Origin: Patescibacteria group bacterium
GTDB lineage: Bacteria > Patescibacteriota > Microgenomatia > UBA1400 > MFAQ01
Length of the DNA: 64,000 nucleotides
Reading direction: 5' to 3'
NCBI GenBank assembly: GCA_943355005.1
Contig: CALRDV010000002.1
Coordinates: 131,826 to 195,825 of the forward strand
Below are positions 1-10,127 of this stretch, piece after piece; position 1 is the first letter of the stretch; the number at the start of each line of letters is the position of its first letter. Below the pieces are notes generated by a model. The model was not told where the DNA came from. It did no database searches and saw only the letters and a list, made by a program, of their open reading frames with translations. The translations under genes and the position numbers were made by a program.

Positions 1-988
1 CCCAATCTCTAAAAAGCTCTAACGCCACTTCTGCACATTCTTGATGAAATTTCTGAAAACTCTTCGAGCCAGAATCCATTTTCCTTGCAGTCGTGGTTAC
101 ATAATATTTAATTAGACTTGCCAGTACCATTTTATTGGTAATATATTTGTCGATTACCATTTTTCTCAGTTCTTGGTTTGCAGATTTCCCTAGTTGCTGC
201 AATATATTTACTCCCACCACAGCTCTGTCCCTATCTGCATAGCCCATTCTCAAAAATAAAGGATCGACAAAATATGCCTGTTTTTCTGAAAAGCAAATAT
301 TGGCAAAATTAAGATCGTGCATTGTCAAAACCTTATCTTCTTCATCAAAATCCTTCATTGTCTCCTCAACTATGACCTCGGCGAAATTTCTATTACCGGC
401 AAAATAAACCTCGCCATCTGAGTTTGTAAATCCACATTTCTTTTTGTCCCATGCATCAAAAAAGGGTTTATTCTTTTTAGACATTTCTTCCTTATTTAAT
501 TTTTTTGGATGCAATTCTTGTCCAAGCAAAGTCAACACCTCTCCTGAAATTTTCTCAATTTCATCTAAATCAATATCAGACACTTTCTTCGAATGCAACT
601 TTTCCAGTGCAACATCGAGTTTTTCTATTGTTTCTATATTCCAAGGACCACCCCAAGTAACATCGCTTAGATAATCAATTATCAGTATTTTTACTCCATC
701 TTCATCAATTAGTTTTTCATATCTTGGAAACAGTATCTCTGTCAAACCAACCTTCTCCAGAAACTGATATATTTCTGCTTCATACGCAACCAAACTGGCG
801 TCAACACTACTATTTCTAGAGTCTGCTACTTTCAAAAACAACCTCTTTCCCTCAGTTTCTAATAGGTATTTGGAGGCACCTGTAAAACCACCACCAATAA
901 CGGAAATTTTTACTCCATCTTCATTAATTTTCAAGACCCTGGACATTATTCCAAGAACTTTATTCTTTAGCTCAGTATCCATATCCAT
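1..988 (-). CDS. Phosphotransferase (APH/choline-kinase-like) family protein. The gene runs off the window start; only the N-terminal ~329 aa are in the window.
   Basis: Hand translation of the minus strand from the ATG at ~988: MDMDTELKNKVLGIMSRV...MHDLNFANICF...VDPLFLRMGYADRDRA. This resembles the HxDxxxxN catalytic loop and the D-containing motif of the aminoglycoside phosphotransferase / kinase-like fold. It is absent from the ORF track because the ORF is open at the window edge. Confidence 0.5.
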   Translation of the reverse strand, partial: MDMDTELKNKVLGIMSRVLKINEDGVKISVIGGGFTGASKYLLETEGKRLFLKVADSRNSSVDASLVAYEAEIYQFLEKVGLTEILFPRYEKLIDEDGVKILIIDYLSDVTWGGPWNIETIEKLDVALEKLHSKKVSDIDLDEIEKISGEVLTLLGQELHPKKLNKEEMSKKNKPFFDAWDKKKCGFTNSDGEVYFAGNRNFAEVIVEETMKDFDEEDKVLTMHDLNFANICFSEKQAYFVDPLFLRMGYADRDRAVVGVNILQQLGKSANQELRKMVIDKYITNKMVLASLIKYYVTTTARKMDSGSKSFQKFHQECAEVALELFRDW

Positions 989-1112
989 AAATCATACCAA
1001 ATCAAAAAGTTCGAAACCTATCCCGACCCCCTCTATTATAGTGATAAAATCGTGCCTAAAAATTTTTGCTCGCCCGCTGGGACGATTTTCGAACCTATTC
1101 AGCACAATAATA

Positions 1113-1793
1113 TTAAAAACCCTTATATTTATACAATTTTTTAGCATCTGGCTCGTAGATCCATATTATGTTTTCTTTCGGTCTATACAACAAATCCCAT
1201 CCTTCTCTTCCAGCAAGAGGAATCTTTATATCACCTACATGCCTCGTATCACCAACAGCGTTTGACGACGCACACACCTTTAGCATGTCTTTTATTTCTA
1301 AATCAGTTAATCCTAACAAAGTAGACCAGCTCAACTTTCTAGTTTTATCAGATATTTGCATATCACTACCAGACCCAACAATGTCTATCAACTGAGTCAC
1401 ACCTATACGATGAGTTCTTTCTATTCTCTTAAAAGGTAAGCCTCTTGCCGGTTCAGCAATTGTAATTACATCAAGATCATTTGTTTTTTGTAAAGCAAAT
1501 ACTGCACTAGCAGCTTCAGACCACAGTGATTCATGTATTAGAGTAATAATGCCAGATTGACGATTCCTCACAAGCGCCCCCGAACACTCTGAGAAATTAA
1601 CACTATAAATTGACTCACCTTTCGATGAAACTAAAACCGACTTTTCCGATCCAACGAGAAGACCATTAACTTCCTCTCTTGTAGCAAACGGTGGTGTATA
1701 TTTTTGAGTATCGAGTGACCACTCAAAGCCATCTCTAATTTCTAGTGGTTTCCTTTCAAATACTTCTTCTGTTACAAACTCACTTCCAAGCAT
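1113..1793 (-). CDS. Hypothetical protein
   Basis: 226-aa ORF from the track. I recognise no motif with confidence. Confidence 0.4.
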   Translation of the reverse strand: MLGSEFVTEEVFERKPLEIRDGFEWSLDTQKYTPPFATREEVNGLLVGSEKSVLVSSKGESIYSVNFSECSGALVRNRQSGIITLIHESLWSEAASAVFALQKTNDLDVITIAEPARGLPFKRIERTHRIGVTQLIDIVGSGSDMQISDKTRKLSWSTLLGLTDLEIKDMLKVCASSNAVGDTRHVGDIKIPLAGREGWDLLYRPKENIIWIYEPDAKKLYKYKGF

Positions 1794-1832
1794 AGTCTAA
1801 TATACCACAATACAATACTATAAGACTCTATG

Positions 1833-1905
1833 CTCCCCCGCCTGGACTCGAACCAGGGACATCCTCCTTAACAGGGAGGCGCTCTACCAACTGAGCTACA
1901 GGGGA
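1833..1905 (-). tRNA. tRNA-Asn (anticodon GTT)
   Basis: The reverse complement gives TCCCCTGTAGCTCAGTTGGTAGAGCGCCTCCCTGTTAAGGAGGATGTCCCTGGTTCGAGTCCAGGCGGGGGAG. It has a 7-bp acceptor stem, D-arm, anticodon loop CTGTTAA and T-arm GGTTCGAGTCC. Confidence 0.85.
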
Positions 1906-2014
1906 ATATGAACGAACATGGCTATTTTATCAAAACTAGCTACTCGAAGCAAGCCAAATCAGAATATCCCAATATCTAATTTGACAAGTTTGTCCAAAAA
2001 GACTAACTTTAGGT

Positions 2015-2443
2015 ATGGAATACCCAAAAGTAAGCCCTACCAAACGACCTCTTTGGTCTTGGATCCTTCTATATGTCCTAATCGGCAGCCTCATTTATGC
2101 TGGCTTCACTTATACATCTTCCAAGCAAAATCCGAGCACAACACCTACAAATACCGAAAGTTCTACCCCAGCAGAAAACATTAATATTGTTGTAAACAAC
2201 GACGGCTTTGATCCTCGAATAGTAGAGATAAAACCTGGGCAATCTATCACCTGGTCTAACCAAAGCGATGCAACTATTTCGATTGCCAGTGACCCTCACC
2301 CTACCCACACAGACTATCCCCCTTTAAACCTAGGTGCTATCAAAACAGGTGAGTCCAAATCACTTGCATTTCCTACCATCGGCGACTTTAAATACCACAA
2401 CCATCTTTCACCCAGCCAACGAGGAACAGTCACGGTGCAATAA
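2015..2443 (+). CDS. Membrane-anchored cupredoxin-like (plastocyanin/azurin-fold) domain protein
   Basis: N-terminal TM helix followed by a Thr/Ser/Pro-rich linker. The EIKPGQSITWSNQSD ... HPTH ... YHNH pattern is typical of small blue-copper/cupredoxin-like domains. Confidence 0.5.
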   Translation: MEYPKVSPTKRPLWSWILLYVLIGSLIYAGFTYTSSKQNPSTTPTNTESSTPAENINIVVNNDGFDPRIVEIKPGQSITWSNQSDATISIASDPHPTHTDYPPLNLGAIKTGESKSLAFPTIGDFKYHNHLSPSQRGTVTVQ

Positions 2444-2457
2444 TTTTCTGTAAACTT

Positions 2458-2811
2458 TTAAACCAACTTTCCCAGAACTACATTTAGAAGAGAAAGGACT
2501 ACTGCTCCAAGAAGTGCTGTTCCAAAACTATCCACCCTAAACCCAGGTACTATTCCACTCACAATCATTATCATAAAAGCATTAATCACAAAGGTAAACA
2601 ATCCCAAGGTCATAATATTTACCGGCAATGTCAAAAGAATCAAAATAGGTTTCAAAACAATAGACAAGACTCCCCAAACAATAGACACTACTGCTAAAGA
2701 CTGCAAATTTTCAATGTGTATCCCTGGCACAATATAAGCGGTTACATAAAAAGCCAGCGCATTGATGAGTAAGTTAATTAACATACCATATCTTATTCTC
2801 TTTTCTTCCAT
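2458..2811 (-). CDS. Phage holin family 4 / YvlD-like small membrane protein
   Basis: 117 aa with four hydrophobic segments. The N-terminal LINALAFYVTAYIVPGIHIE and central TLGLFTFVINAFMIMIV fit the YvlD/holin-IV-like family. Confidence 0.5.
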   Translation of the reverse strand: MEEKRIRYGMLINLLINALAFYVTAYIVPGIHIENLQSLAVVSIVWGVLSIVLKPILILLTLPVNIMTLGLFTFVINAFMIMIVSGIVPGFRVDSFGTALLGAVVLSLLNVVLGKLV

Positions 2812-2848
2812 ACTGTCAAATTAAACACTTGTATGTATATAATTCTTT

Positions 2849-3325
2849 ATGTCGGAAATTATAGATATTGGAGGCGCTGAAGACGAAAACTTCAGTTACG
2901 AGGACGGAGAGCTGGAAATCCTTGATTATGCGTATATAAAAGTTCGCGTAAAACTAAACGGCATTCAAGTCATTTCTGTTGTCGATAATGACAACAATCC
3001 ACTAGACAATAAAATATCTGCTGATAGTTTACTTATAGACGAAGTTCGCATGGACGCTTTAAGCGAGTATTTTTCTAATAATAACGTAAATTTTATTGGT
3101 GATCCATGGACCACTCCCGATCAGGAAGACTATCTCGGAAGTTTAGAAATTAATTGCCGGAGTTTAAACGAGGCATTAAAAAGCTCCAAAATCTGCATTA
3201 CCAAGATAAATGAATCAGGGACCTATTACTTCGAAGGATTGGATCAATTTGTCAAAGATTATATTGATAAACACTTCGATGATGAAAAATACCAACCTGA
3301 AGAGAGTGAAGATGAGGAAGAATAG
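2849..3325 (+). CDS. Hypothetical acidic protein
   Basis: 158-aa ORF with an extremely acidic C-terminus (EESEDEEE). It sits immediately upstream of tdk. Confidence 0.4.
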   Translation: MSEIIDIGGAEDENFSYEDGELEILDYAYIKVRVKLNGIQVISVVDNDNNPLDNKISADSLLIDEVRMDALSEYFSNNNVNFIGDPWTTPDQEDYLGSLEINCRSLNEALKSSKICITKINESGTYYFEGLDQFVKDYIDKHFDDEKYQPEESEDEEE

Positions 3326-3331
3326 CTTCAA

Positions 3332-3931
3332 ATGACCGAAAAACTCAAAGGCATCGCCGGTTCGATGTTTGCAGGCAAAACAGAAATGTTACTCAAAGAA
3401 ATTTCCCGTGCTGAGTATGCCGGAAAAAAAGTCCAAGTTTTTAAGCCCGCCATCGATACTCGCTGGGAAGCGGGCAGTATCTCCTCTCATTCCGGCGGCA
3501 GTCACGAAGCCACCCCGGTCAATAATTCCTACGAAATTATTGAATATTTAAATCCTGACACATATATGGTCGCTATCGACGAAATTCAATTTTTTGACGC
3601 CGGCATTATTGACGTAGTTCGCTTCCTTCTCGAAGAAGACATTAGGGTAATTTTTGCGGGATTATCACTGGACTTTAGAGCCGAACCATTTGGACCTATG
3701 CCGGAGCTCTTAGCTCTTTGCGACGATATAGATAGACCTACTGCCATATGCAATCAGAACATCGATGGACAAATCTGTGGTGAAGAAGCCACACGGACAC
3801 AAAGATTAATCAATGGCCGACCGGCCAACTACGACGACCCCATCGTCCTTATTGGTGCCTCACAAGAATATCAAGCCCGTTGCCCAAACCACCACAAAGT
3901 CCCCGGTAAACCTCAACCAAAGATAAAATAA
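3332..3931 (+). CDS. tdk: Thymidine kinase
   Basis: P-loop GSMFAGKTE, VAIDEIQFFD, and C-terminal Cys pairs (C..C ... C..H) matching the thymidine kinase zinc ribbon. Confidence 0.85.
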   Translation: MTEKLKGIAGSMFAGKTEMLLKEISRAEYAGKKVQVFKPAIDTRWEAGSISSHSGGSHEATPVNNSYEIIEYLNPDTYMVAIDEIQFFDAGIIDVVRFLLEEDIRVIFAGLSLDFRAEPFGPMPELLALCDDIDRPTAICNQNIDGQICGEEATRTQRLINGRPANYDDPIVLIGASQEYQARCPNHHKVPGKPQPKIK

Positions 3932-3932
3932 C

Positions 3933-5036
3933 CTACTCCAAATAATCCTGAAGTTTCCTTCTACGAGACGGATGTCTAAGTTTACGTAGCGCTTTACTTT
4001 CAATCTGTCTAATTCTTTCTCGAGTAACTCCAAATACTTTACCGACTTCTTCAAGTGTCAGAGGTTTACTTCCGTCCAATCCAAATCTCATTCTGAGAAC
4101 TTTACTTTCGCGTTCAGTCAGAGATCCAAGAGCTTCTTCCAGATTCTCATGCATGAGCTGTCTGGATGTAGCCTCGTATGGAGTCGCTTGTCTTTCGTCA
4201 GGAATAAAGTCCCCCAGTAATGAATCTTCATCATCTCCGATAGGAGTTTCCAGTGAAGTCGTCTTCTGAGCAATCTTTAAAATTTCACGGACCTTTTCCG
4301 GAGTGGTTTCCAGCTCTGCTGCGACCTCTTCATCGGTCGGCTCTCTGCCCAAGTCCTGCATTAATTTACGTTGTGTTCTGATCAATTTGTTGATCGTCTC
4401 CACCATGTGCACCGGAATACGGATAGTTCTGGCTTGGTCGGCAATAGCTCTAGTAATGGCCTGACGAATCCACCAAGTTGCATAAGTCGAAAATTTAAAA
4501 CCCTTCGTCCAATCATATTTTTCTACTGCCCGAATCAAACCCTTGTTACCCTCTTGAATCAAGTCCAGAAAACTCATCCCCCTTCCCATATATTTCTTGG
4601 CAATCGAAACCACAAGTCTGAGATTAGACTTAGTAAGCATGTCCTTAGCTCTTTTGTCTCCTCTTTCCACCTTCTGAGCCAAAGATATTTCTTCATCTCT
4701 TTTTAAGAGAGGAATTCTACCAATCTCTTTAAGATACATTCGGACCGGGTCATTTACCTCAGTGTCTTCCAATTTGGACAATGACTCTAGCTCTTTCTCT
4801 AGGTCACTAGAGGCAGCAGCTATTTCAGCATCCTGGCCGGCCAACACACTCTCAAACACATCAACATCAGCCTTAAAAAGCATTTCATACAAGTAATCCA
4901 AGTCGTTTACTTCGGTCTCAGGGTGAGGAAAATACTCCAAGATATCGTCTTGGGTTACAAATCCCTGTTCCTTACCTAAGGCTAAAATCTCTTTGATTTT
5001 TAGTTGAATGGATAGATCAGTCTTTTTATCGGCCAT
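3933..5036 (-). CDS. rpoD: RNA polymerase sigma factor RpoD (sigma-70 family)
   Basis: Regions 1.2-4.2 are recognisable: [65 protein letters not shown], and C-terminal [31 protein letters not shown]. Confidence 0.95.
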   Translation of the reverse strand: MADKKTDLSIQLKIKEILALGKEQGFVTQDDILEYFPHPETEVNDLDYLYEMLFKADVDVFESVLAGQDAEIAAASSDLEKELESLSKLEDTEVNDPVRMYLKEIGRIPLLKRDEEISLAQKVERGDKRAKDMLTKSNLRLVVSIAKKYMGRGMSFLDLIQEGNKGLIRAVEKYDWTKGFKFSTYATWWIRQAITRAIADQARTIRIPVHMVETINKLIRTQRKLMQDLGREPTDEEVAAELETTPEKVREILKIAQKTTSLETPIGDDEDSLLGDFIPDERQATPYEATSRQLMHENLEEALGSLTERESKVLRMRFGLDGSKPLTLEEVGKVFGVTRERIRQIESKALRKLRHPSRRRKLQDYLE

Positions 5037-5073
5037 AATATTCTCTCCTATTTTAACACAGCTGAAGCCATAA

Positions 5074-6843
5074 TTACCCCAAGAGGACCATTATCTTGTT
5101 CTCTTCTCTATCCAGATCATTCAATTCCTGAGACAACTCTTCTTCTTTTGAGTCCGAACCTCCTGTTTTTACTGTTTTCAGCTCATCAATTAGTATTTTT
5201 CGCTTCTCCCTGATTACCTCCCTCAATAGCTGCACCGCCAAACTCAGAACATCCTTTTCTTCCGTCTCTCCTTCACCTTCTGCCATATAAGCATCTTCTA
5301 TGAGACCTTTGAGCTCTGCTGGAGCTTTTTCTACCAGCCTCGTCGCATCATTTTCATCAGTATCCAAAACCATAGCCAGAGCCTTTCCAAGTGCCCCAGG
5401 CAACTTTGTGTCTTTCACCCACGTCCTTATTTTGGATTTAGCACCTGGACAAATTAGTAAACCACCCACCAATCTCTTTGCTAATTTCTCCATTTTATTA
5501 TCAATTTGTTCGTTTTTATCCGGAACGTTCCTCAATTGATATTTTTCTACCGGACCCCTGCCAAATTTCATTCTCTCTATTTCTTGTTTCACCACCGAAG
5601 GTTCCACTCCAAGTTTTTCGGCCAGTTTTTTCGTCCAAACCTCTCTCACCACACTGTTCTCAATTTTTGCCAAAAATGGCACCACATCTTCTGTTACTTT
5701 TTTAATTCCCGATACTGTCGAGATATCATTTTTTTCCAAAGATTTCAGCATCACAAATTCATAAACATCAATAGCATTCTCCACCAACTCTCTCCATTTA
5801 TCTGGAAACTTTCTTGCGATTTCATCAGGATCTTTTCCTCCTTCAATATTTACCACCTTAATTTCCAAGCCTCGTTTCTCGGCAATATCTACTGCTCTCT
5901 TAATAGCAGCAATCCCTGCCTCATCAGCATCCAGAGATAAGTAGATTGTCTTGGCTAGCCTTGCTAACATTTCTATTTGATCTTCAGTCAGAGCCGTTCC
6001 TCCAACAGCCACTGTTTCAGACACCCCGGCGCCATAAGAACTTATTAGATCCATCTGTCCTTCCACCAAAATAGCTCTTTTCTTTTCTCTGATTGCTTGT
6101 CTTGCTTGGTAGAAGCCAAACAACATTCTACCTTTGTGATAGATTTCTGTTTCCGGTGAATTAAGATATTTTGGTTCACTCTCTTTTGCCAAGCTTGGCA
6201 GAATTCTCCCGGTAAAGCCCACCACTTTTCCACTTGCGTCCTGCAATGGGAACATTATTCTTCCCCGGAATTTATCATAATAACCTCCTCCGGTTCTTTT
6301 ACTTATTAGCCCTGCTTTCTCTAACAGCTCTTCGGAATATCCTTTTTTATTTACCAGATAGTTCATCAAATAGTCCCACCCGGGCATAGCATAGCCCAAA
6401 TTAAAAGTATCAATTAAATTGCTATTAATTTTTCTATCTTCCAAATATTTCCTGGCTTCTTCACCGGACTTCCCTTCGGTCAACAGCCAGTGGAAATATC
6501 TTGCCGCCAAATCCATAACCTCCAAAAGCTTTTGTTTATCATTAGGCACTTCAAATTTTCTGGAAACGAGTTTTACCCCTGCTTTTTCCGCCAGTCTCTC
6601 CAAAGCATCTCTAAAATCTATGCCTTCAATCTCCATCAAAAATTTGAATACATCGCCTCCGGCTCCACACCCAAAACATTTATAGAGTCGCATTTCTTCG
6701 TTTACCATAAATGACGGGGTCTTCTCGCTGTGAAAAGGACAAAGACCTTTTTGGTGCCTTCCTAATTTTTTGAGAGCCACATACTGACCAACCAGACCCA
6801 CAATATCGGTTTTTTGTTTTACTTCTTCGACTTGATCTTCCAT
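5074..6843 (-). CDS. dnaG: DNA primase DnaG
   Basis: CHC2 zinc finger ([11 protein letters not shown]...CFGCG) and a TOPRIM region ([11 protein letters not shown]...DADEAG). It lies directly upstream of rpoD in the conserved macromolecular synthesis operon arrangement. Confidence 0.93.
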   Translation of the reverse strand: MEDQVEEVKQKTDIVGLVGQYVALKKLGRHQKGLCPFHSEKTPSFMVNEEMRLYKCFGCGAGGDVFKFLMEIEGIDFRDALERLAEKAGVKLVSRKFEVPNDKQKLLEVMDLAARYFHWLLTEGKSGEEARKYLEDRKINSNLIDTFNLGYAMPGWDYLMNYLVNKKGYSEELLEKAGLISKRTGGGYYDKFRGRIMFPLQDASGKVVGFTGRILPSLAKESEPKYLNSPETEIYHKGRMLFGFYQARQAIREKKRAILVEGQMDLISSYGAGVSETVAVGGTALTEDQIEMLARLAKTIYLSLDADEAGIAAIKRAVDIAEKRGLEIKVVNIEGGKDPDEIARKFPDKWRELVENAIDVYEFVMLKSLEKNDISTVSGIKKVTEDVVPFLAKIENSVVREVWTKKLAEKLGVEPSVVKQEIERMKFGRGPVEKYQLRNVPDKNEQIDNKMEKLAKRLVGGLLICPGAKSKIRTWVKDTKLPGALGKALAMVLDTDENDATRLVEKAPAELKGLIEDAYMAEGEGETEEKDVLSLAVQLLREVIREKRKILIDELKTVKTGGSDSKEEELSQELNDLDREENKIMVLLG

Positions 6844-6917
6844 CTTTGGGTTATATTAGTACAATTCCTCATTGATTGTACCAACTTGACCTTATGAGGG
6901 CAATTATTTTTCTTCTG

Positions 6918-7001
6918 CGGAGGAGGTGGGATTCGGACCCACGAGCGCCGGAGCGCACTCGCTTTCCAAGCGAGCGGAATAGACCACTATCCGACTCCTC
7001 C
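6918..7001 (-). tRNA. tRNA-Ser (anticodon GGA), type II with long variable arm
   Basis: The reverse complement is GGAGGAGTCGGATAGTGGTCTATTCCGCTCGCTTGGAAAGCGAGTGCGCTCCGGCGCTCGTGGGTCCGAATCCCACCTCCTCCG. It has anticodon loop TTGGAAA, a long variable arm and T-arm. Confidence 0.8.
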
Positions 7002-7042
7002 AAGTGAGCAAATGAAAAATTCCTTATTTTTCAGTTGCGAGC

Positions 7043-7066
7043 GCGGAGGTGTTGGATAACTACTGT
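7043..7066. repeat. Near-perfect 18-nt palindrome GGATAACTACTGTTATCC
   Basis: Seen directly in the sequence, downstream of tRNA-Ser(GGA). Its function is unknown; it could be a protein-binding site or part of a terminator. Confidence 0.4.
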
Positions 7067-7109
7067 TATCCGAACTCCTCACACAAACTAACACTCGAAC
7101 TTGTATATT

Positions 7110-7859
7110 TTACCTTAACTTGTCCAAGGCTGCGAGGAATTCACCGATTTCGTTAATGACCACAGTTCTCTCAGGCACCTCACCCTCCCTGTACACTGCC
7201 CAAGGACTAGGCATGTAGATTGTTCTCGACCCCAGTTCATCTCCTGGTTTGATATCCCCACTCAAACTATCTCCCACCACCAAACACCTTTCCGGCGCAA
7301 TTTCCATCGCATCCATTCCTCTTTTCCAATCAATCGATTTTTTGTGTCCATTCTCGTCCACAATCACCACAGTTTCGAAATAATTCCACAGACCAAGACT
7401 ATCTAGTTTGAAGTTCGTCCATTCCACATTCGCATGAGTCACTAGTACCATTTTGACTTTAGCTTTCTTCAAAACTTCCAGCGCCACCTTAGCCCCCTCC
7501 CGCATTCTAGGAACAATAGAGTAAATTCTCATTAACATATCTAAATTTTCCACAATCTCAGATTCACTTCCTTCGAATTCCTTTGCCAACTTCTCCACAA
7601 CTACCGCCCATCTTTTGGGGTTTACCCCCATCTTTTTATGTTCCTCATCATTTATGGGTTGTAATGCTCCCATAATTCTATCCTCTCCTACCCCAATCTT
7701 CTCAGCCACTTCCTCGGCATATTCCTGCATGCACTGAATGAATATTTCACTTGTGTAAATCAAGGTATCATCCAAATCGAAAAATACACCATCAACACCT
7801 AATCTTTTAAGTTTTTCTCCCACCGCGTCACAAACAGGATCGTTTTCCAGTTTAAACAT
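7110..7859 (-). CDS. HAD superfamily hydrolase
   Basis: N-terminal FFDLDDTLIY (HAD motif I) and downstream Asp-containing motifs (VVGDSLSGDI). Confidence 0.7.
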   Translation of the reverse strand: MFKLENDPVCDAVGEKLKRLGVDGVFFDLDDTLIYTSEIFIQCMQEYAEEVAEKIGVGEDRIMGALQPINDEEHKKMGVNPKRWAVVVEKLAKEFEGSESEIVENLDMLMRIYSIVPRMREGAKVALEVLKKAKVKMVLVTHANVEWTNFKLDSLGLWNYFETVVIVDENGHKKSIDWKRGMDAMEIAPERCLVVGDSLSGDIKPGDELGSRTIYMPSPWAVYREGEVPERTVVINEIGEFLAALDKLR

Positions 7860-7897
7860 GCCATATTCTACACCCAGAAACTAAAGAAAATTAATTG

Positions 7898-8060
7898 TGT
7901 ACCCGGTGCGATTCGAACGCACAACCTCGACCTGAGGGGTCTGAGATATTTTTAGAATTATCAATATCTCCCTTGAGGAGATATTGGTAATTAATTTGCA
8001 AAAATATCGAAGAATGCCGGAACCGATCTCGTAACGAGCTCGGTGAGGCGGGGGTGAAGG
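7898..8060 (-). pseudogene. tRNA-Arg-like 3' fragment fused to a degenerate copy of the hairpin repeat element (pseudo-tRNA / chimeric element)
   Basis: The ~31 nt GGTTGTGCGTTCGAATCGCACCGGGTACAC, equal to the T-arm plus 3' acceptor strand of the adjacent tRNA-Arg(CCG), is present. Upstream of it no D-arm or normal anticodon arm can be folded. Instead there is an 8-bp palindrome (ATATCTCC CTTGA GGAGATAT) and a hairpin, CCGAGCTCG-TTA-CGAGATCGG, homologous to the hairpin of the elements at 10489-10854. Confidence 0.45.
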
Positions 8061-8106
8061 TAAAGACGAAGTCTTTAATCCTGAACACAACTAAAAAAAC
8101 TATTTG

Positions 8107-8180
8107 TGTACCCGGTGCGATTCGAACGCACAACCACTTCCTTCGGAGGGAAGTACTCTATCCAGTTGAGCTACGGATAC
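8107..8180 (-). tRNA. tRNA-Arg (anticodon CCG)
   Basis: The reverse complement is GTATCCGTAGCTCAACTGGATAGAGTACTTCCCTCCGAAGGAAGTGGTTGTGCGTTCGAATCGCACCGGGTACA, with anticodon loop CTCCGAA. Confidence 0.8.
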
Positions 8181-8194
8181 ATACAGGTATTATC

Positions 8195-8524
8195 TCACTC
8201 CCCCTTTTTATTCCACACCCTTTTATTATTTATTTCCTCTTTCTCCCGGAACGCCTTCTCAGCATCTATGTTTAAATGGTTAGCCAAATCAATCACATAG
8301 CTAAATACATCAGCCCATTCATGATCTAACTCCATCTTCTCCGAATTATCATCAGTATGCATTTTGGTATATTGTCTCGCAGCTTTAGCGAGCTCTCCAA
8401 CTTCTTCAGAAAGATACATAAACAGTTCAGGGACCGTTGTGTCAGTAAAGTCTCTCTCAATCACCATCTCATTTATATACTCCTGATAATCTCCCAAAGA
8501 CGCTTTATCTTTAATTTTCTTCAT
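8195..8524 (-). CDS. MazG-like nucleotide pyrophosphohydrolase domain protein
   Basis: 109 aa with the EEVGELAKAARQY ... E..DV pattern of the all-alpha NTP-PPase (MazG) fold. Confidence 0.6.
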   Translation of the reverse strand: MKKIKDKASLGDYQEYINEMVIERDFTDTTVPELFMYLSEEVGELAKAARQYTKMHTDDNSEKMELDHEWADVFSYVIDLANHLNIDAEKAFREKEEINNKRVWNKKGE

Positions 8525-8568
8525 ACATCAAAAATTATTATATTTAGCCGGGTCTATCCACCGGTGGG

Positions 8569-8650
8569 CGGAGGATACAGGAGTCGAACCTGTTAGCCCA
8601 AAAGGGCATTGGTTTTCGAAACCAACGCATTACCGTCCTGCCCATCCTCC
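8569..8650 (-). tRNA. tRNA-Ser (anticodon CGA), type II
   Basis: The reverse complement is GGAGGATGGGCAGGACGGTAATGCGTTGGTTTCGAAAACCAATGCCCTTTTGGGCTAACAGGTTCGACTCCTGTATCCTCCG, with anticodon loop TTCGAAA and a long variable arm. Confidence 0.8.
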
Positions 8651-8693
8651 ATCGACTCGCCGTAGCTTTAGCAGAGGCGGTCATCGACATTTG

Positions 8694-8768
8694 TGAGCCC
8701 GGTGCGACTCGAACGCACGACCTCCTCCTTCGCAGGGAGGCGCTCTAATCCAACTGAGCTACGGACTC
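8694..8768 (-). tRNA. tRNA-Arg (anticodon GCG as read; could be ACG-type isoacceptor)
   Basis: The reverse complement is GAGTCCGTAGCTCAGTTGGATTAGAGCGCCTCCCTGCGAAGGAGGAGGTCGTGCGTTCGAGTCGCACCGGGCTCA, with anticodon loop CTGCGAA. Confidence 0.75.
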
Positions 8769-8806
8769 ATACGAGCTCTATTTTATCATCCTACGGGTCT
8801 TTCTCC

Positions 8807-9307
8807 TCATTCCAAGGGCATCTTCTCTCCCGCCCATTTCAAAGCTCTGTCTACCCAGGTCACAGCCGGCTCCTGGTATATCACCTTTTCTAACATCAAA
8901 TTCTTAATTTCATCCTCCTTTTTAGGATCAATTACCACCACCAAATGCCATGGAACGATAGATAGATTTATCCTCATGAGCCTAGTACCCCACTTAGTCT
9001 CAAACCAAAAATTAGTCATCTCTTCATACCTGTAAGTCTTCTCTGTCGATTTTAATCCCCAAGAAGTCAAAGCTGTTTTTATCATCTTCGGTTCAGTCTT
9101 GGCCATGGCCCAAAGCATGAATACAAGCGCCCAAATAACCACTACGGGCATCAGACCCTCAATAAAGTACATAATTATAGACACGAGGAAAGCAATCACG
9201 ATTACGGAACTGTAAAATTCTTTCGTCCAAACTTTATGAGGCCTATCATATGCCTCAAATTCCAAAAGTTCTTTTTCACTGAAATCTAAAGTGTCGGTTT
9301 TAGCCAC
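8807..9307 (-). CDS. Hypothetical membrane protein
   Basis: 166 aa with two central hydrophobic helices (VIVIAFLVSIIMYFIEGLMPVVVIWALVFMLWAM). Confidence 0.4.
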   Translation of the reverse strand: MAKTDTLDFSEKELLEFEAYDRPHKVWTKEFYSSVIVIAFLVSIIMYFIEGLMPVVVIWALVFMLWAMAKTEPKMIKTALTSWGLKSTEKTYRYEEMTNFWFETKWGTRLMRINLSIVPWHLVVVIDPKKEDEIKNLMLEKVIYQEPAVTWVDRALKWAGEKMPLE

Positions 9308-9329
9308 ATTTCATCTTAGCATAAGGCTC

Positions 9330-10085
9330 TCAAAGTAACTTAAATGAAAACTGTGCATCAGATATCACAGATTCGTTGTCCGGCCAAGTTACCATTGGAC
9401 CCGATGCAGTAGCCGCGTAACCATAACCTTTATTGACCGTAATTAAACTTCTACGCCTCATGTCGACCCCACCTACCACATAGTTTCCACCTATCAAATA
9501 ATAAGGTTGGCCTTTTAAGTAAAACAAAGAATCATTTTCAAATACAAAATCAGGAAAATCTTTTGATGTTTTATCTTTAATACTTTTAATTTGATCTGAC
9601 AAAGAACTCTCCTCAACGTTGCGTTTTTCCACAGTTAAGATTGTCGCATAATTAATATTTCCAATTGTTTTTGTAGTTGGATTCAGAAATATCACGATGG
9701 CTCCTGTTTTACCGGTTTCATCTAGCTGCCACCCTGACGGAGGAGTAATTTGAAAACCCTCTTTTTCATTTTTATAAATTCCTCCCCCAATTACACCACT
9801 TTCAGTTGATTGTGAATTGTTTAAGGTGACTACTTGGTTCTTGTTAGTACTAGTCTTTGTAGGCATCGTAATCTCTAGGTCAGGAGCCTCACCCGTCCCT
9901 CTTAGCATAACAATAATAATTAACAACACAACAGGACCAATCCCTAAATATACCAACCATCTCCATGGAATCTTTTTGGAAGGCACCTTTTCAGTTTCCG
10001 TATTCTTCTCTACAAATACCGGAATATCCACTAATACTTGCTGATTTTTTTCACCCTCTTTCTGAATTATATTTTCGAGCTCCAT
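9330..10085 (-). CDS. Hypothetical membrane-anchored protein
   Basis: 251 aa with an N-terminal TM helix (WRWLVYLGIGPVVLLIIIVML), then a Thr-rich linker and a globular domain. No motif recognised. Confidence 0.4.
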   Translation of the reverse strand: MELENIIQKEGEKNQQVLVDIPVFVEKNTETEKVPSKKIPWRWLVYLGIGPVVLLIIIVMLRGTGEAPDLEITMPTKTSTNKNQVVTLNNSQSTESGVIGGGIYKNEKEGFQITPPSGWQLDETGKTGAIVIFLNPTTKTIGNINYATILTVEKRNVEESSLSDQIKSIKDKTSKDFPDFVFENDSLFYLKGQPYYLIGGNYVVGGVDMRRRSLITVNKGYGYAATASGPMVTWPDNESVISDAQFSFKLL

Positions 10086-10127
10086 AACTTCAGTTTAAAC
10101 CATCTGGGCGGACCTGTCCGCCGGTAG

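Noticed and set aside
5300-6714. Several plus-strand track ORFs of 74-144 aa (5300..5539, 5478..5705, 5506..5940, 6419..6685, 6490..6714).
   Set aside because: All lie antisense within the well-supported dnaG CDS and have low-complexity, Phe/Leu/Ser-rich translations typical of antisense frames in AT-rich DNA.
7881-8300. Track ORFs 7881..8090, 7891..8133, 8054..8275, 8106..8300 over the tRNA-Arg / pseudo-tRNA region.
   Set aside because: They overlap tRNA and tRNA-like sequences on both strands and translate to low-complexity peptides. The region is better explained by RNA genes and repeat elements.
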